Source: Phycisphaerae bacterium
GTDB taxonomy: Bacteria > Planctomycetota > Phycisphaerae > Phycisphaerales > UBA1924
DNA: 64,000 nt
Assembly (NCBI GenBank): GCA_030432255.1
Contig: JAUIHS010000023.1
Coordinates: 3,224 to 67,223, forward strand
Direction of reading: 5' to 3'
Position 1 is the stretch's first letter; each line of letters starts with the position of its first letter. Positions 62,239 through 64,000 of this stretch are shown piece by piece. Both the position numbers and the translations under genes were made by a program. The notes under the pieces were generated by a model. The model did no database searches. It worked only from the letters and a program-made list of their open reading frames with translations, and was not told where the DNA came from.

Positions 62239-64000
62239 CTACATTCGTTCCAGCGGCTCGATACCCAGGACGCTCAGGCCATCCCGAAGCACCCGGCCGG
62301 TCAATCGGCACAGTCGCAGCCTCGCATCACGCGCAGCTTCCGATGAGGCGCGCAGCACTGGGCACGCATCGAAGAACGAAGAGAACGCGCTGGCCAGTTC
62401 GTAGAGGTATCCGCACAGGCGATGCGGCTCGTATGCCGCCGCCGCTGATCCAACCACGCCCGGATACTTCAGCAACTGCAGCGCCATCGCCTTCTCCTCC
62501 GGCGCCTCGATATTGAAGGCGCCGCGATCGGCAATGCTCTCCATCGTGATGCCGAACTCATCCTCCGCCTTGCGGAAGATCGACAGCACACGCACCAGCG
62601 CGTACTGAAGGTATGGACCGGTGTTGCCCTCGAAGGCGATCACGCGGTCGTAGTCAAAGACATAATCCTTGATTCGGTCGCTCGACAGGTCGGCGTACTT
62701 GATCGCTCCGATGCCCACTGCCTCCGCGACACGCTGACGCTCATCCGGCGCCAGCGACGGATTCTTCTCGCCAACCGCCAACTCAGCACGCCGGATCGCT
62801 TCGTCCAGCAGGTCGCTCAGCTTGACGTTGTCGCCGCTTCGTGTCTTGAAGGGCTTGTTGTCGCTCCCGAGAATCGTCCCGAAGTGCGCATGGAAGAGTT
62901 CCGCTTCCGAACCATCCTGATGCTTCGTGTAGCCCGCCTTGCGGCTCGCCGCAAAGACCTGTGAGAAGTGAAGGCTCTGCCGGGCGTCCACCGCATACAC
63001 CAGGCGATCGCCTCCCATGTCCTGCACCCGGCGGCGCACCGCGGCGACATCCGTCGTTGCATACAGAAAGCCACCATCACTCTTGCGCAGGAGCAGCGGT
63101 TCCTTGATGCCGTACGCATCGAGGCGCACGATCAGGGCGCCGTCCGACTCCTCGGCAATGCCGCGGCCTTCCAGATCGCGCACGACCTCGGCGAGTTCCT
63201 CCCGATACGTCGATTCGCCGGCCGTGTGCTCTTCCGTCACGGTGACCTGGAGCCGCCGGCAGTTCTCGAAGCAGGCCGCGAGCGTGATGTCGGCAATCTG
63301 TCGCCAGACGGAGACGAAACCTTCATCACCCGACTGCAGCGCAACGAGCGCCGACTTCGCTTCGGCCAGTGCCGCGGAGGCGCCCTCGACCTGTTCCTCG
63401 AGTTCCGCTTCCGCCTTCGGACCGAGGCCGAAGCGCCGGACGGCGGCGAGTCCCTTGTGGTCCGCCGCACATGTCAGTTGCGCATCCCTGTAGATCGCCT
63501 CAAGGTCGGCGAGGCTGAGAGATGGAATGTCGACCTGGCCCGCTTCGGAGAGTCGCCGAACCGCATGTGTCACCATCCCGATGGGCAGGCCCCAGTCTCC
63601 GAAGTGATTCTGACGCTTCACCTCATGGCCAAGCCGCTCATACAGGCGCGCCAGCGCATCGCCGATGACGGAAGCCCGGATGTGACCGACGTGCATCTGC
63701 TTTGCGAGGTTGACGCCGCAGAGATCCACGACCACCGTCTCACGCCGCTCCGGCGCCTCGATACCCAGTGCGTCGCCGTCCAGCGAATCCAGCGAAGCGT
63801 GCAGCGCAGCGGACTTGAGACGCAGGTTGATGAAGCCCGGGCCGGCGATCTCGGGCGGATCGACGATGTCATCCACTTCGAGGGCGTCGACGATCGCGGT
63901 TGCCACATCCCGCGGCGGCTTGCCGAGTCGCTTCCCCAGCGCCATCGCCGCATTCGCCTGGAAGTCGCCGAACTTCGGATTGCGGGAAGGGGCGATTGCA
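62239..64000 (-). CDS. argS: Arginine--tRNA ligase (N-terminus lies beyond the window end)
   Basis: The track ORF starts at an internal Met (63945). The frame stays open to 64000, reading ...NPKFGDFQANAAMALGKRLGKPPRDVA. The HIGH motif is MHVGHIRASVIGDAL. The C-terminal anticodon-binding DALR domain ends ...GIEPLERM. Confidence 0.95.
   Translation of the reverse strand, partial: AIAPSRNPKFGDFQANAAMALGKRLGKPPRDVATAIVDALEVDDIVDPPEIAGPGFINLRLKSAALHASLDSLDGDALGIEAPERRETVVVDLCGVNLAKQMHVGHIRASVIGDALARLYERLGHEVKRQNHFGDWGLPIGMVTHAVRRLSEAGQVDIPSLSLADLEAIYRDAQLTCAADHKGLAAVRRFGLGPKAEAELEEQVEGASAALAEAKSALVALQSGDEGFVSVWRQIADITLAACFENCRRLQVTVTEEHTAGESTYREELAEVVRDLEGRGIAEESDGALIVRLDAYGIKEPLLLRKSDGGFLYATTDVAAVRRRVQDMGGDRLVYAVDARQSLHFSQVFAASRKAGYTKHQDGSEAELFHAHFGTILGSDNKPFKTRSGDNVKLSDLLDEAIRRAELAVGEKNPSLAPDERQRVAEAVGIGAIKYADLSSDRIKDYVFDYDRVIAFEGNTGPYLQYALVRVLSIFRKAEDEFGITMESIADRGAFNIEAPEEKAMALQLLKYPGVVGSAAAAYEPHRLCGYLYELASAFSSFFDACPVLRASSEAARDARLRLCRLTGRVLRDGLSVLGIEPLERM

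Noticed and set aside
1-64000. A search for mobile elements, prophage genes, toxin-antitoxin pairs and classical defence systems.
   Set aside because: No transposase, integrase, phage structural, nuclease/helicase/ATPase defence-type or TA-like ORFs are recognisable. The only methyltransferase (42245-43051) has no restriction partner nearby.

Overview
The window is a GC-rich bacterial chromosomal segment. No homology search or GC calculation was run, so all family names rest on motifs I can read in the translations. The gene content points to Planctomycetota or Phycisphaerae-like (inference): an ECF sigma factor coupled to a Ser/Thr kinase, a DUF1559-type pseudopilin N-terminus, a bacterial RRM protein, and many huge secreted beta-helix proteins.

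About 40 credible CDS are present.
- The dominant theme is surface and secreted proteins. Eleven of them end in the same Cys-bracketed double EF-hand, dockerin-like module. They comprise two giant beta-helix/FG-GAP proteins, four NxxGxxAF-repeat paralogues, an S1 protease with a P-domain, an S8 protease, a GH16 laminarinase, a CBM-repeat protein and one protein of unknown function.
- Between them lie housekeeping genes: ugd, a UDP-xylose synthase, gmd, GH1 beta-glucosidase, a LacI regulator, cysE, pepA, thiF/moeB-like and argS.

Main second-look items:
- A stop-less tail-to-tail collision of two giant adhesin-like genes at about 6425.
- The dockerin-like module family, which has no cohesin in the window.
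- A roughly 190-nt highly structured, 6S-like RNA directly upstream of cysE.
- A TGTAAC-N-GTTACA operator shared by the LacI and beta-glucan genes.
- A CarH-like B12-domain regulator that lacks the canonical His ligand.
- G-rich heptamer repeat blocks in gaps between convergent genes.

No CRISPR array, tRNA, rRNA or recognisable mobile element was seen. Many long ORFs in the track are antisense shadow ORFs.
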